Assembly (NCBI RefSeq): GCF_009914755.1 | Contig: NC_060926.1 | Reading direction: 5' to 3' (one strand) | DNA from: the human T2T-CHM13v2.0 reference genome, Homo sapiens | DNA length: 64,000 nucleotides | Shown: in pieces, positions 46,295-61,543 of the stretch | Numbering within the stretch: the stretch's first letter is position 1 | How the letters are laid out: every line of letters begins with the position of its first letter | Notes under the pieces: generated by a model | The model's database searches: none | What the model saw: only the letters and a program-made list of their open reading frames with translations | Told to the model about the DNA's origin: nothing | Program-made: the position numbers and the translations under genes

Positions 46295-46574
46295 AAACAA
46301 CATGATTTTCTTGAACAAGCTATATACAATTAGCAATAAGCAATGTGTGTATATATATGTGTGTGTGTGTGTGTATATACATATGTGTATATACATATAT
46401 GTGTGTATATATACACATAAGTATATATACACATATATACATATATATGTATAAGTATATATGCATATATGTGTATGTGTGTGTGTATATATATACACAT
46501 ATATATACACACATATATATACACATTGCTTATTGCTAATTGTATATAGCTTGTTCAAGAAAATCATATTGTTT
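46295..46574. repeat. ~54-bp inverted repeat of non-microsatellite sequence enclosing a TA/TG/CA microsatellite
   Basis: 46302-46348 is the exact reverse complement of 46521-46567; extends 7 bp further with 1 mismatch. Confidence 0.95.
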
Positions 46575-48239
46575 CTACATGATTTTATATATATATGTAA
46601 ATATACATATATAAGTATATATGTATATATATGTATATATACACATTGTTCATATATATATATATATATATATTTTTTTTTTTTACCATTTTTCCTTAAA
46701 TTCCCTTTTGTCTTACTCTTTCCCAGGCCCTACCTCCTTCTGAAAATACATTTCTTAAGTACTGTACTATGAAGCAAATACTACATGAAGACTAAACAAC
46801 GGTTATATTAATATGATTCTGAAATCAGGTGAAGTTACTAACCAAGAATGAAATAAACCTACCAGAAATAAAAAATAGTGCAAAAAATCTTTTAAGAAAC
46901 TTGGTTAAATAATATTATTTTAAGGAAAACAGGCACAGTTGTAAAGCTTCAGCAATGTTTTAAAAAAGTGTTAACATTTCTTTATTGTCTCTTTATTATT
47001 TCTCCCACTGTTTGCACCTCAGCCTCCTTAAAAGTAGCAATTCTATCTAGGCTTTAATTTGCTGTATACAGATAAATATATATGATTAACAACAATATTA
47101 TTGGGCTAGAATAACCCCTGTTTTCTCTTTAATCTAAAAATCCACTGACTGACGTGAACAATAGCAACAGAGAAAAATCAGTTGGCCTATGAACCTTTGC
47201 AACCAGGATCTGCATTGTGAATGCTGTGTAGTGTGTGTCATTTCAAATGAAGCCTATCTGGTTAGATGATTCATGACCCCCATTTGCAAATCAGACAGCA
47301 GTGGCTGGAATATGTGAAAGGTTATTCTTGGTCTCTAATTTGTAGCTGTGTAAAGTGAAAGCCATTGTTTTGTTTTTCTTCCAAGCAAAAGAGTTTATTA
47401 GAGAAAGTACAATTATTACAATGCCTATAATTAGGGGTATAAGTAATACACATATTAGAATGATTCACAATGCATTAGCTTTGTTTAATTCTGATTTTGT
47501 GGGAAGAAATTTTAAGTAGAACCCAACAAGTTGGAAAACTGACAGGTATGGGGGAGTTAGGAGCTGATTAGCTTTTAGATCATTGTGTCAAGAATATGAT
47601 TCATATGGGAAAAATGGAAATTTGCTTCAGTTACATAGAGGAAGGCCAATGCAAAAATTTAGGTGAAATACATCATTTTATAAGATGTTGATCATTGATA
47701 TACCACTCCAAAGAAAGTTTCATAAGTTTTGACATTGTTCATTTAAAAATACAGATTTATTATATTTTATGTAATTGATATAATGTATAGCTCATTATAA
47801 TATGCCAAATTTTGTCTACATGTATCAAAGATTAAATATAAATAATAAAATTTAGTCTTAATATAATTAAATTAAATGTTATTTATGTGTATATATACAC
47901 TTAAACTCATATACTGCTATACCCATTTTGGTCTATGAATTATATATACATATATGATACATTATATATAATATATGCATTACATATAATATATAAAATA
48001 TGTAGTATATATGTACTGTGCTAAGCATGTGTTGAATGGTTTATATGTAATGGTATATATATATACACACAGAGAGAGAGCTATTTATTTTTTCTAAGTT
48101 CCAAACAGAAAGTTAAGAAAGATTTGTTGGAAGAGCATATTGCGTTTGAGTAAGAAAGATAGAATTGAATACTAAGACCTAAACTTTAAATAAAAACTAT
48201 TAAAATATTCTGTTTTAGTTTAGTTTGGAGGGCCAATAA

Positions 48240-48470
48240 GACATTGTGGATTAAGGAAAGTTTAATTTTGGAGTTAAATCTCCTCGAATATGAATTCGAA
48301 CACCGCATGTTGTATAACAATAGTAAAATTAACCTTTCTGAGTCTAAATTTATTCATCGATTAAGTGAATACTAGAATTACACTGTCATAAAGTTATTCT
48401 GAGGAATAAATGATAGAAAGTTTGTAAATGCATGCCAAAGTTCAAGGTACTAAATAAATACTAAGCACTA
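48240..48470. mobile_element. Degraded MIR
   Basis: aaattaacctttctgagtct...ttattctgaggaataaatgata...tgtaaatgc MIR core-like sequence. Confidence 0.55.
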
Positions 48471-51106
48471 ATAAATATTTAAGCACTGCATAAATCTTTA
48501 CTGCCATTATTATAAACTTTTATTTCTTTAATTTTCTAATTAGAGTTAAATCAAGCAAGTATGCAGCGATAAAGTGACCAAATACTTATCAGGCTAAAGT
48601 TATGAATTGTGCTAAGCATGTTTTGAATGGTTTAGAATTTTTTTCATACAAGTAAAGCATATTTCTAATAACATTTTAAGTGCAAGAGACGTAGATTAAT
48701 TTATTTAATAAGATTTTTAGCATCTTTTATATACTAGGCATAGTGTGAAATACTGAGGATAAAATAGTCATAAAAATAGTTCTTACCTTAATGGAGTTTA
48801 TAATCTGGAATATCAGATATTAATCAAATAATTATAGAGTAAATGCAAATTTTTACGTGATGGAAATGTACGTGATATTTTCTTAATGATTAAGAATTTG
48901 ACCAAGTCAGAGAGGTCAGCTAGGTTTCCAGGAAGATAATAATTACATTGCCGTTTTTTTTTACTTCTGGTTACAATAATTAATACTTAACATATGAAAA
49001 ACTTTAAAGAATGTACAGAAAATTTCTCCTTATAATAGGTGAGGGCATTTTAGTTTACTTTGAAAAGCAAAATAAACTGTAACTTGTCAATAAAAATTAA
49101 TATATACAGATAAACAGTGTTGTAGGAAATATACTTGGATATGACTTTTAAATGACAAAAACTCAGTTTTTCCGTCCATTTGTAACAGGTTTTTCTGTGA
49201 AGAATTTTCAATAAGTTCATTTATCATACAATTTAATCATTTTTAAATCGAAGTATTGCTTGGGTGCTCCATGAAATAAACCTGAATGTTTATATTTTAT
49301 CCAGATTTTTAAAGAAATGGTTGTTATGAACATGATTTCATTTAAGGGAAGTGAGGTGATTGTAAAAGTAACTTACATGAGAAATGTTACCTATGTAATT
49401 ATTTGCCTTCCCAATATATAAATTTGTAGCTATATACTGGACTATAATGAAATCATAAAACCAAATGGCATGCTGAGTTGCATACTACAGTGTATTGGCA
49501 GGCAGGGATGTGTTGTGTTTAAATATTTCTGTCCAGTGAAGATAGGCAAGCACTTTCTCTATCTCTGAAAGCCAACTATCCTCTTTCTCTGCAGAGAGAG
49601 GGCATGAATTTTGAATTCAAGACTTAAAGGAATATGATGCATTATTTTCTTTCTAAATTTCCTTCATAAGTAAACTTTAAAAATTCATAATGCTTCCTAA
49701 TCTTTTTTAATAACTTCGCTGGATTTATATTAAGGAAATTAACCCTGATAAATGCTTACATTCCTCATGAGTATGTGCAACAAATATATATTTAAAAAGG
49801 ACACACGTAAAGATGGGATAAAAACATAGTTATTATTATTCTCACTCCTTAAACTCAAGGATACCTAAAATGGGCAGTTTATGTGATTCGCCAGCATACA
49901 GCCTGAAAGAGAAAGTGTATTTTGTTACTTGGGATTGAGAGTCATTGGTCAAAATGATAAATGTGAAATGTGATAATAAACGTTCTTTCCCTCCTGCCCA
50001 ATCCTTATGACCAACTGTGTCAACATCTCTATTCACTCTCAGTCAGTATGTAGCCAGTGAAAACACACGAATAAAACAGAACTAAATGAAAAAAATGGAC
50101 TCCCTTATTTTTCTCCTTTATTAAAACTTCTTCTGGGGTGTTGGTGGAAGTAAAGGATAACATTTTTTTTTTCTCGGTAATTTGGAAGCACCTAAGAGTA
50201 TTGTTTCAGCAGGATTTACAATTTAAATCCTCCTCAAACTTTATTAAAATGATGGACTCTACTTCTGGGAGTTGAGGTATAGACAGGTATGAAACAATAG
50301 AAATTGAATTCTTTAAAAAATACGCCTTCCCTGTTTGTTTTCTGCTTTGGTTTGGATTTAAAGGAGCTAGTACCTGATGCCTCTGTTTCACAGCAGAGTT
50401 TGGGATTAGGCAGATGAAAATGTATCACCATTTTATTGATAAACACCAGATTGGAGAATATGGTTTCAGGCTGTTAATGAAGTAGACTTGGGACAAGGCT
50501 ACCAGGGAAGAAATTTTAGTTTCAGGGCAAATACAGTGGAATACGTGCCTCAAAATTGTCTGAAGTGAGAAAAACAGAAAGAGACTAAGTCCCTATTCTT
50601 AGATTCCATCAAGCTATAAATATGAATCAATGGTTATAATTCACCAAGTGTGTTATTCAGTACTTTTATTCTGTGGAGTTGTGTGAGAAATGGGCAATAG
50701 AAAAAGAATGCTGACATCAAACCCATCCTTAAGGACATCAACCTAATGACACCTCTCTCCTTTTGTTACAGACCCTAACTAGTACTTCCACATCCACTCT
50801 TATTTCTTTATGTGTAAAATTTTTTTTAAATAAAAATTAATCTAGGGATAATTTTAGATTTACAGAAAAGTTGCAAAGAAAGTGCAGAGAGTTCCTGAAG
50901 ACACTTTAGTCACATTTTCCTAATATTAACAGTTTATAGAATGGTATATTTGTCAAAGCAAGGAGATTAACACTGGCATCATACTATTAACTAAACAAAT
51001 GTTAGTCAGTTGTCACTGTTTTTCACTAACGTCCTTGTGTTGTTGTTCCAGCATCAAATACTTTTATATATTTGCTTAAAAAACAATTTTAAAATGTAGA
51101 TTTTGT

Positions 51107-51631
51107 TATTATTTAGGTATGATGAGGCCAACATATCAAGGCCAACCAGAGACAATTGCCACTGAGAAGATAGTTCCTTACTCACACTTCCCAAGAGGAG
51201 TGTCCATTCCACAGCATGCAAGATCACAAGGAGAGGCACCAGGGTCAGTCAGGAAGCAGACGGAGCTAGGGAAAGCATTGCAAGATCCCTCATTGTTTAG
51301 AGGAAGAAATAAACAAGGCAGGATAAGCAGACTAAGCAGGTTTAGGTTAATTTGAATAATATCAGCAGGCTCTGGGGTGTGGAGTATCCCTCTAATTGTC
51401 TGGTACCTGGTCCTGGGGAATTAGGAAAATAAAATAGTGACCCAAATGTGAAAGTCCTGTAAGAACCTGATAAGAGATGTTTGAGCTATGAGCTTCAGAT
51501 TTGTTGGTTTGCATATGGAAGGTGAACTCCTGAGTGAGTAAGCTAACCACAGAAGGGCAGTCCCTTTGACGTCAACAAGGCCCCAAGATGTCAGAATAAA
51601 GAGCATCGGGATAAAAAGGCATTCTTAATAC
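51107..51631. mobile_element. MER77-like ERVL solo LTR
   Basis: gtatgatgaggccaaca...gatagttccttactcacacttcccaagaggag...cttaataca. Confidence 0.6.
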
Positions 51632-52109
51632 AAATACAGACACCAAATTCCATTTAGCCCTCGTCTTTTTCACATTACAGCTAGAGTGCTATGAAACATA
51701 GTTTAAAAGGCACTCTTTGATCTATGTATAATCTGTCCCCTGCCTTCCTCACGAAACTTACCTTGCACATTTCCCCATATGGTTTTATTTGGACTTCAGC
51801 CACGCTGGCTGTGTTTTACTCCCTTGAAAATATTTGTTTTCTTTCTAATTTTGGATATTTATAAATAAAGTGATGTCTACTCCTGTGCACATGTACACAA
51901 CACAATCTTGCTCTTTCTCTCATACACACACACACACACACACCCCCAAAGAACACACACATTGGGCTAACTTCTACCCTCCTTCAGCTACTAGCTTAAA
52001 TGTTGATTCTATGAAGAGACCTCCCCTGGTCACCTGAGAAAGCCTTACCCTCTATTCATGTTGCCTTCACACTCTGCACATCTCCTATTGCCTTTACTGC
52101 AACTCTAAT

Positions 52110-52670
52110 TGAAAAGACAAAGATGAAATTCAAGTTACCCCCATTCAATTTGCAAAAATTAAGAAGTCTGGCAACAGCAAGTATTGGAGAGAATGTGGGT
52201 CAACCATTCTACCATACATTGTTGGTGGGAGTGTAATTTGTCACAACCGTTCTGAAAAAAAAAAAAAGTATTATCTTGTAAAGTTGAATTTTCACATACT
52301 CTACAACCCAGAAATTTCACTTCAAAATATGTGTGTACATGTGTATGTGTGTGTGTATGTATAAAAAGACATGCACCAGGAGACAAGTATGACAATATTT
52401 TCAGTAGTACTATTTGTAGTAGCAAATTAATAGCAACAACTCCAATGCTCATTGACAGGAAACTTGATGAATAAATTGTAATATATTTGCACAAAAGAAT
52501 ATTTTGTGTATATCAGCAAAATTGAATGAACTGTATCCTGTATAACAATTTGAACAAATCTTAGTAACATTTTGTTGAAAGAAAAAAAGCAAGCCTCAGA
52601 AGATTGTGTACAGCATGATACCCTTTGTCATAAATTTTAATAAAAACTAAAACTAAAAATATATAAAAAA
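52110..52670 (+). mobile_element. L1ME-type 3' fragment
   Basis: catacattgttggtgggagtgtaatttg...gaataaattgtaatatatt. Confidence 0.65.
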
Positions 52671-53157
52671 AGAAAAAACAAAATGTGTAATTAGTAGACT
52701 ACAGCATGGTTCTTCTAAGATATTGTAAACTATGTCAAGGGCTACCTGTCTGGTTCTGCACTTTGCTCTCGGTATGCTGCATGGCTCTGTACATAGAACA
52801 GATGCATAACAATTTGTTCTTAAGGTGAATAAAGTTATATTAACATTAAAATTATTATCCTCACTAGGTTTCTTCTTAAATACAAATTTTCTTACATAAT
52901 TTGTTGATGATTGTGTTAAATATTCTTAGCAATCTGCCATCTGTCCTAAATTTATCTATATCTCGTGTGTGTGTGTGTGTGTGTGTATCTCAATGTATTT
53001 ATTTAATTATTGTGGAACCAGGGGAAACTGAGTTGCAGATATCATGACATGCTCTCTCCCAATATACTGCTTACCATGTTTTTAACCAGATTCCAAATAA
53101 CATTCGTGCACTTGTTTGTTAAATTTCTGGATTCAATTTTGATCAATAAGAAGCCCC

Positions 53158-53950
<793 letters not shown>

Positions 53951-56138
53951 GGCAAGAGGGTAGAGAAGTACACGGACGACTGCTATTTCCTCCCACACCT
54001 TTTTACTTTCTAATGGTACTGCCTTTTGGAGGGGACTAGGCTAATTGTACTGAAATAAAATGTCACATAGTATGAATTTGTCTAATTGTTGTCATATAAC
54101 TTGTTTCTGTATTTCCTGTATTTCTAGTAAATTAGAAATTACTGCTAAAGGCTTGAAAATTCAGATTGAAATTTTTGCAAGGATGTTCCATAGAGGATGG
54201 TGTAGTTCTTCATGTTGTATCATATTGTATTGTACAGAAGGTCAAATTATTCCCCATTTTATGATGTACTTTTTACTCACCCAGTTGTGGTTGTGACCAC
54301 TGGATTTTTCCATTGCAAATGTAAAATTTTTCCTTCTTCATAATTAGCAAGTAAACTTTGATTTAATACTCTGAGACTATGCAATTAACCAGTTCTCATT
54401 AGCTCTTCAAATTCTAGTGTTTAGCATCCAATGACAATCTTGCTTGAATCAATTATTTCAGAGTTATGAGGGTGATTTATAACTATTGTTTCTTTTACAA
54501 TTATTACCTGGCATTCTCTTGGTTTTGAAAGAAAAAGGAGAAGGAAAGGAAAACAAAAAAATATCTTTTTTATCAAGTGAGAATGAATTATAATTTCTTC
54601 TAACAAGGCAAGCCAAATGTTTATATGCATATCTATTTCCCTTTAGTTAAAATTTTCACTGTAAGAATTTGTTATAATAATGATTTTCAGTAGTGATGAG
54701 TTGATTCTCTCTTGCACATACACAAAACATTCATAGATTTTGTTTATTCAATATTTTGCATTCAATTATCATCAGTGTAATACTATTGCATATATTATCA
54801 TAGTGTGTGAAATTTATCAGAAAATATATCCTTCTTTATAATGCCTACCTTTTGTCTCATAGTGGCTTATGAAATGTAAATAATGTATTTGTCAACATAT
54901 ATCTTTAATGTATTTGTGGTATTTGGAATAGCAAGTCCTCGGTTTATATGTTGTGACTTCTAAATTCATTTTCCCACAATAAGCTTTTTTAAAAGGGCAT
55001 ATTTTCTTTGTTACCTTAAGAAATAATGAGTCCATTTATTTTGTTCATAGACCTATAAATAAAAGAAAGATTAAATTTACTGATGATCTCTATTAATTTT
55101 AAAGACTTACAACCTGTGTGCAATTAAAAAAAATATTTTTAGCTCAAAGATTCATTCTAATCTTTAGGAACACAAGAACCATTCTTAATTTGATAACACT
55201 AAATCAGCATTAGTTTTGTATGTTGTAGCTTTGTAATTGAAGTGTATCAACATATAATTAAGTTTCTAATGTGTGCTTTCTAAGTGATTGATTTTTAAAG
55301 AGTAATTTATGTACATATGGTCTTTTCTAGAAAGCACAAAAGGTTTTTCCTTGAGGGTTGTAGAAGCAGAAAATATGGCAGTGTACAGTTTTCACAAATG
55401 AACATTTAATAAGAGTACCCTGCCAAATAAAACCAATTTATATGCAATTGTAAAACACAAATACTTAATGTGGTTTTTAAGGCACTGACTTGCATTAAAT
55501 CGGTCACCTCCGTGAGTCATAGGTGTTGATTTTTTAAAACATTATTGATTTGTTAAAGCAAAAGGTATCTTGGGTTCATAATTTTTCTCATTATGAAACA
55601 CTAAGTAGCTAGACGCTTTTAAAGTAGTGATTCAGGTAAGAGAATCTAATTTTAAAAGACTAGCTAGTTTTAAACTTCTTTTCTAGTGCATCTCTTAACA
55701 ATTTCTAGGACCATTTGGAATATAATTGAAAATAGGTTTTTTATTTAGTCAGCCTTTATTAAGTTCTTGTTATTTGATGATGGTTGGCAAAGATACATTA
55801 TTCTGGACACTAAATGTGAACATATTAGTGCCACATAAAGTATATTTTTGTAGCCATAAATAAAGAACATTTAGTAAAATATGCTTCCTCGTAAATGCTG
55901 CATTACCATCACATTGTGGCGTATTTTATTTCTTTCTCATTCACTATTGGTTCTTACTGTTACTCTCTATGCCTTACCACTGTTCCATCAATTACTTAAT
56001 ATTATTAAAAGCACTATAATCATCATAGCAAAAGCATGAAGACTTGTAACATTCGTGAATACAGGAGATCTGCGTCTATCACTGGTAATGTATGATCTCT
56101 TTGTGATCCTTTATATTAAGATGCTGCAACAGACGGTT

Positions 56139-57053
56139 TGTTATGAGCTGAATTGTACTCTCCTTCTTCCTAAAATTCATATGTTGAATTTAACCGGAAG
56201 AACCTCAGAGTGTGATCTTATTTTGAAATAGGGTCATTGCAGGTCTAATTAGTTAAGAAGAGGTCATACTGGAGTAGAGTGGAAACTTAATCCCATGTAA
56301 CTAGTATCCTTATAAAAGGGGGTAATTTGGACACAGCCACATATCAGGGAAAATTCCATGTTAACATGAAACAGCCATCTAAAAGCCAAGGAGAGAAACT
56401 TGGAACAGACCCTTCACTCACAGCCCTCAGAAGAAACTGCCAAATTAAAGGGGAAAAAAAATCAAGCTTTTAAATAATTAACATTAGTTTTTTTCAGAAG
56501 TCTTACTGAAGACTCTAGACCAAGGCCTACAGCCTGGGAGCAGTCCTTCAGAGAGGTCTGATCTGACTGCTCCAATGCAGTGTTTCAGTTCAGTTTATAT
56601 ACAGGTAGTGAAGATTGAGTATGTGCACAATTACATCTAAGTTTGGGTGCAGGATTACATCTGGTCATAGTTTACAGAAGCATAATCACTAACTCAGTCA
56701 CATGTTATCTTATGTGTAGGAAAATACAAGGACTGGGGTTATTTATCTTTTAAGGAATATAGTGACTCAGGCAAGAGACACGGAGGAACTTGTTTTCTAT
56801 CCTGTTTTGTCTTCAAAGCATCTTTCCAGAGAGCTGCTCGTCATCACAGAGTCAAGGGTTTTGGGAAATTATTCTGGCAAGCAGAAATAACCAAACATGG
56901 CTTCTTACATTTGCTAATTTGTCTCAGGACCAAATCCTACCATTACCTTGATTTTGAACTTCTAGCTTCCAGAATTTTCAGATGACAAATTTCAGTTTAT
57001 TAAGCCATCCAGATTGTGGCACCTTTTAATGGCATCCCTAGGAAACTAATACA
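56139..57053 (+). mobile_element. MLT1B-like LTR, interrupted
   Basis: tgttatgagctgaattgt...cacagccctcagaagaaac | caaatcc...ggaaactaataca. Confidence 0.8.
56438..56926 (-). mobile_element. ERV1-class solo LTR nested in MLT1 (family uncertain)
   Basis: TG...CA-bounded ~490-bp block that cleanly splits the MLT1 sequence. Confidence 0.65.
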
Positions 57054-57942
57054 CAGTATGGCTGTATTCTTACAAGGGTGGCTTAAAACAGAATCCATAT
57101 ACTATAATAAATTTTAAAGAAGTATACATGTTACTAATGTATTATTATCTATTATATATCAGGGTTGAACATAATTAACTTGTTTGTAACACGATGACTC
57201 CAGTCTGGATTGATGCTTGCTGGCATAACTTGTCTATTTTCATTTTATTATAGACTATATATTCACATCATTGAGTATGATTGTACATTAAAGTGCCTGA
57301 AGCTAAATTGGCTGACATTTTCCCAGGCTGAGAGAAAGTGTAAGAATTACGTCCAGAAAGCTCTCTCTATGATGCTCAGGAGCATTACATGCAGATGAGA
57401 CAGAGGACTGCCAACTCAATGGATCATCCCAGAAAAGCTTTCTTTTCCTTGTGTCCATGACTGTCCAAACAGCTTGAAAGATAGTGGATATTTATCTTCT
57501 TTAAGTAATTGGCCAGTGTAATTAAATAGATGTAATGACAGTTCCATTGTATTAGATAGAATGTTAAATCAATATTACACTGTCACTTCACTTTATTCTG
57601 AAACTGACAAAATAGTTTTATAAAACCGTTTTTTGTGGTTTTGTTTCTTTTTGAAGTACATAATTATATTAGAAGTATATAACACACATTTTTATCCCAA
57701 ATAGTGAAACTTCACCTTATAAATACACTAGTAAAAGATGTTGGCTATATGCCAGTATCATATTTTGAAGTAAAATTATAGATAATAATCTCACTACCCA
57801 AATTAAAAGTCTATATTTCAAACTGTGAGTTTTTATATTTCTATCAACAGAAGATGTGTAAAATAAAACGGTTATATTGCCAACATTTTAGGCTATAATG
57901 TTTAGAACTATTGTTGAAGAAGCATATAAATTATATTTGCTA

Positions 57943-60840
57943 ATTTTTTAACTTTTAGTTTCAGGGGTACATGTGTAGGTTTGTTAAATAGGTAAACTTA
58001 TGTCAGGAGGTTTGTTGGACAGATTATTTCATCGCTAAGTCTAGAACCCAATAGTTATTTTTTCTGCTCTTATCCCTCGTCCCACCCTCCACCCTCAAGT
58101 AGAACAGTGTCTGTTTTTCCCTTCCTTGCGCTCATGACTTCTCAACATTTAGCTCCCACTTACAAGTGAGAACATGCAGTATTTGGTTTTCTGCTCCTGC
58201 TTTAGTTTATTAAGGATGATGGCTCCAGCTCCATCCATGTTTCTGCCAAGGACATGATCTTATTCTTTCTTATGGCTGCATAGTATTCCATGGTATATAT
58301 GTACCACATTTTCTTTATTCAATCTACCATTGATGGGCATTTAGGTTGATTTCAATGTCTTTGCTATTGTGAATAGTGCTGCAATGAACATTTGTGTGCC
58401 TGGGTTTTTATGGCAGAATGATTTATATTCCTCTGGATGTATATCCAGTAATGGGATTGCTAGGTTGAATGGTAATTCTGTATTTAGTTCTTTGACAAAT
58501 TGCCACACTGCTTTCTACAATAGTTGACCTAATTTACAATCCCATCAACAGTGTATAAGTATTCCCTTTTTTTCTTCAACCTCGTCAGCACCTGTTATTT
58601 TTTGACTTTTTAGTAATAGCCATTCTGACTGATGCGAGATGGTATCTCATCATGGTTTTGCTTTGCATTTATCTAATGATCAGTGATGTTGAGCTTTCAA
58701 AAATATGCTTGTTGGCTCTATATTTGTCCTCCTTTGAAAAGTATCAGTTCACATTCTTTGCCCATTTTTTAATAGGGTTTTTTTCTTGTAAATTTGTTTA
58801 AGTTTCTTATAGATGCTGGAAATTAGACCTTTGTTAGGTGCATAGTTTGCAAATATTTTATCTCATTCTGTAGGTTGTCTATTTACTCCATTGATAGTTT
58901 CTTTTTCTGTGCAGAAGCTCTTTAGTTTAATTAGATTCCAATTGTTAATTTTTTTGGTTGCAATTTCTTTTGGCATCTTTCTTATGAAGTCTTTGCCAGT
59001 TCCCACATCCAGATCAGTGTTGACTAGGTTGTCTTCCATGGTTTTTATAGTTTTATATTATGTCTTAACCATTTTGAGTTGATTTTTGTATATGGTATAA
59101 GGAAGGGGTCCAGTTTCAGTCTCTTGCCTATGGCTAGCCAGTTATTACAGTACCATTTATTGAATAGGTAGTCCTTTCCCCATTGCTTGTTTTTGTCAAG
59201 TTTGTTGAAGATCAGATGGTTGTGGGTATGCAGCCTTATTTCTGGGCTGTCTGTTCAGTTTCATTGGTCTATGTGTCTTTTTGTGTACCAGCACCATGCT
59301 GTTTTAGTTACTATAGCCCTCTACTATAGTTTGAAGTCAGGTAATGTAATGCCTCCAGCTTTGTTCTTTTTGCTTAGGAATGCCTTGGCTATTTGGGTAC
59401 TTTTTCATTTCTGTGTGAATTTTAAAACAGTTTTTTTTTTTTTAAGTCTGTGAGGAATGTCATTGGTACTTTGATAGGGATAGCGTTGAATGTGTAAATT
59501 ATTTTGGCCATTATGGCCATTTTGATGATATTGGTTGTTCTTATCCATAAGTATGAAATATGTTTTCATTTGCTTGTGCCCTCTCTGATTTATTTGAGCA
59601 GTGTTTTGTAATTCTTATTGTAGAAATCTTTCACCTCCCTGGTTAGCTGTATTCCTAGGTATTTTATTCTTTTTGTGGCAATTGTGAATGGGATTGTATT
59701 CCTGATTTGTCTCTCAGCTTGGCTATTGTTGGTGTACAGGAATGCTAATAATTTTTGTACATTGATTTTGTACCCTGAAATTTTGCTAAAGATTTTTGTT
59801 TTTTCAGCTTAAGAAGCCTTCTGGTAGAAACTATGGGGCTTTCTAGATATAGGATCATATCATCTGCAAACAGGGATCGTTTGATTTCCTCTCTTCCTAT
59901 TTGGATGCGCTTTATTTCTTTCTCTTGCCTGAATGCTCTGGCCAGGACTTCCAATACTCCGTTGAATAGGAGTGGTGAGAGAGAACATCCTTGTCCTCTG
60001 TCTGTTTTTAAGGGGAATGCTTTCAGCTTTTACCGATTCAGTATGATATTGGCTGTGGATTTGTCATACATGGCTCTTATTATTTTGAGTTATGTTCCTT
60101 CAATGCCTAGTTTATTGAGAGTTTTTAACATGAAGGGATGTTAAATTTTATTGAATGCCTTTTCTGCATCTATTGAGATAATCATGTGTTTTTTGCTTTA
60201 GTTCTATTTATGTGATAAATCACTTTTATTGGTTTGTCTATATTGAATCAATCTTGAATCCCAGGGATAAAGCCTACTTGATTGTGGTGAATTAGCTTTT
60301 TGATGTGCTGCTGGATTCAGTTTTCAAGTATTTTCTTGAGGAGTTTTGCATCAATGCTTATCAAGGCTATTGGCCTCATGTCTTTGTTGTTGTTGTGTCT
60401 GCCAGGTTTGGTATCAGGATGATGCTAGCCTCACAGAATGAGTTAGAAAGGAGTACCTATTCCTTGATTTTTTGAAATATTTTCAGTAGGAATGGTACCA
60501 GCTCTTCTTTGTACATCTGGTAAAATTTGGCTGTGAATCTGTTGGGTCCTGGGCTTCTTTTTTGGTGGGTAGTCTATTTATTACTGATCCAATTTTGGAG
60601 CTCATTTATGGTCTTTTCAGGGAATCAATTTCTTTCTGTTTCAATCATGGGAGGGTGTATATGTCCAGAAATTTATCCATCTCTTCTAGGTTTTCTAGTT
60701 TGTGTGCATAGAGGTGTTCATAGTAGTCTCTGATGGTTATTTGTATTTCTGTGGGGTCAGTGGAAAAATTTTCCTTTTTGTTTCTAATTGTGTTTATTTG
60801 TATCTTCTCTTTTCTTTTTTATTAGTCTAGATAGTGGCCA
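57943..60840 (-). mobile_element. L1PA (PA13-16-like), 5'-truncated, ~2.9 kb
   Basis: Antisense 3'UTR tttcaggggtacatgtgtagg...; ORF 59745-59954 ([25 protein letters not shown]) is the L1 reverse transcriptase motif. Confidence 0.93.
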
Positions 60841-61359
60841 TTCTTGCTCTCCATTAATCTTAATGTAGTCTCAAACTTATACAGTGTGTCTATTGATTAT
60901 TTATACCATTTTCCTCTGTAATTTTCTTTCAGAAGGCAACTCTCAGCAACCTAAGACTATAGCATGAAAATCTCATCTCATCTAGGTTTTCTTTCTAAAG
61001 TATGTAGAAATAATGGATGTCAAAGGAAACAATATATGACCTTTCTGATTTTTTTCTCTATAAGTAAAATATAAAACATTTCTATTTGCCAAGTTCTATA
61101 CAGTAGTTATTTTCATTAAAGTAAGTGATTTCCTCATTTAACTTTTCACAATGGAATTCCATATTTCTTCCTTCTTATGCCTTTCCGTTTCTCAGGATCC
61201 CAGGTGTTTTTGAGCAGATGGGTGATAAAATTAAAGCATGTTCATCAATATTACGTTTATCAGTCAGAAAGAAAGGAAAGGAAAAAGGGAAATATAATAA
61301 AAATTAAGGTAGCATACTAATAGCAAATGAAGGTAACAGCTACACCCTGAGGACCAGGG

Positions 61360-61543
61360 CAAGGATCACCAAATTATGATCTGAGGGCCAAATCCAGTCA
61401 GTCACCTCTTTTTTAGGACAAACTAAGAAGAATGTAAACATTGATTAACTTTTATATAAGCTTCTACATGCTAATATTGATTTTGCTTCAGAACCTAAAA
61501 TATTGACTATATGGGCTTTTAATAAAAATATTTTTGACCCCTG
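61360..61543. mobile_element. MER58-like MITE remnant
   Basis: gagggccaaatccagtc...aaaatattgactatatgggctttt...tttttgacccctg. Confidence 0.55.

Noticed and set aside
46217-46772. Overlapping Tyr/Ile/His/Cys-rich ORFs on both strands
   Set aside because: Translation artefacts of the microsatellite and inverted repeat.
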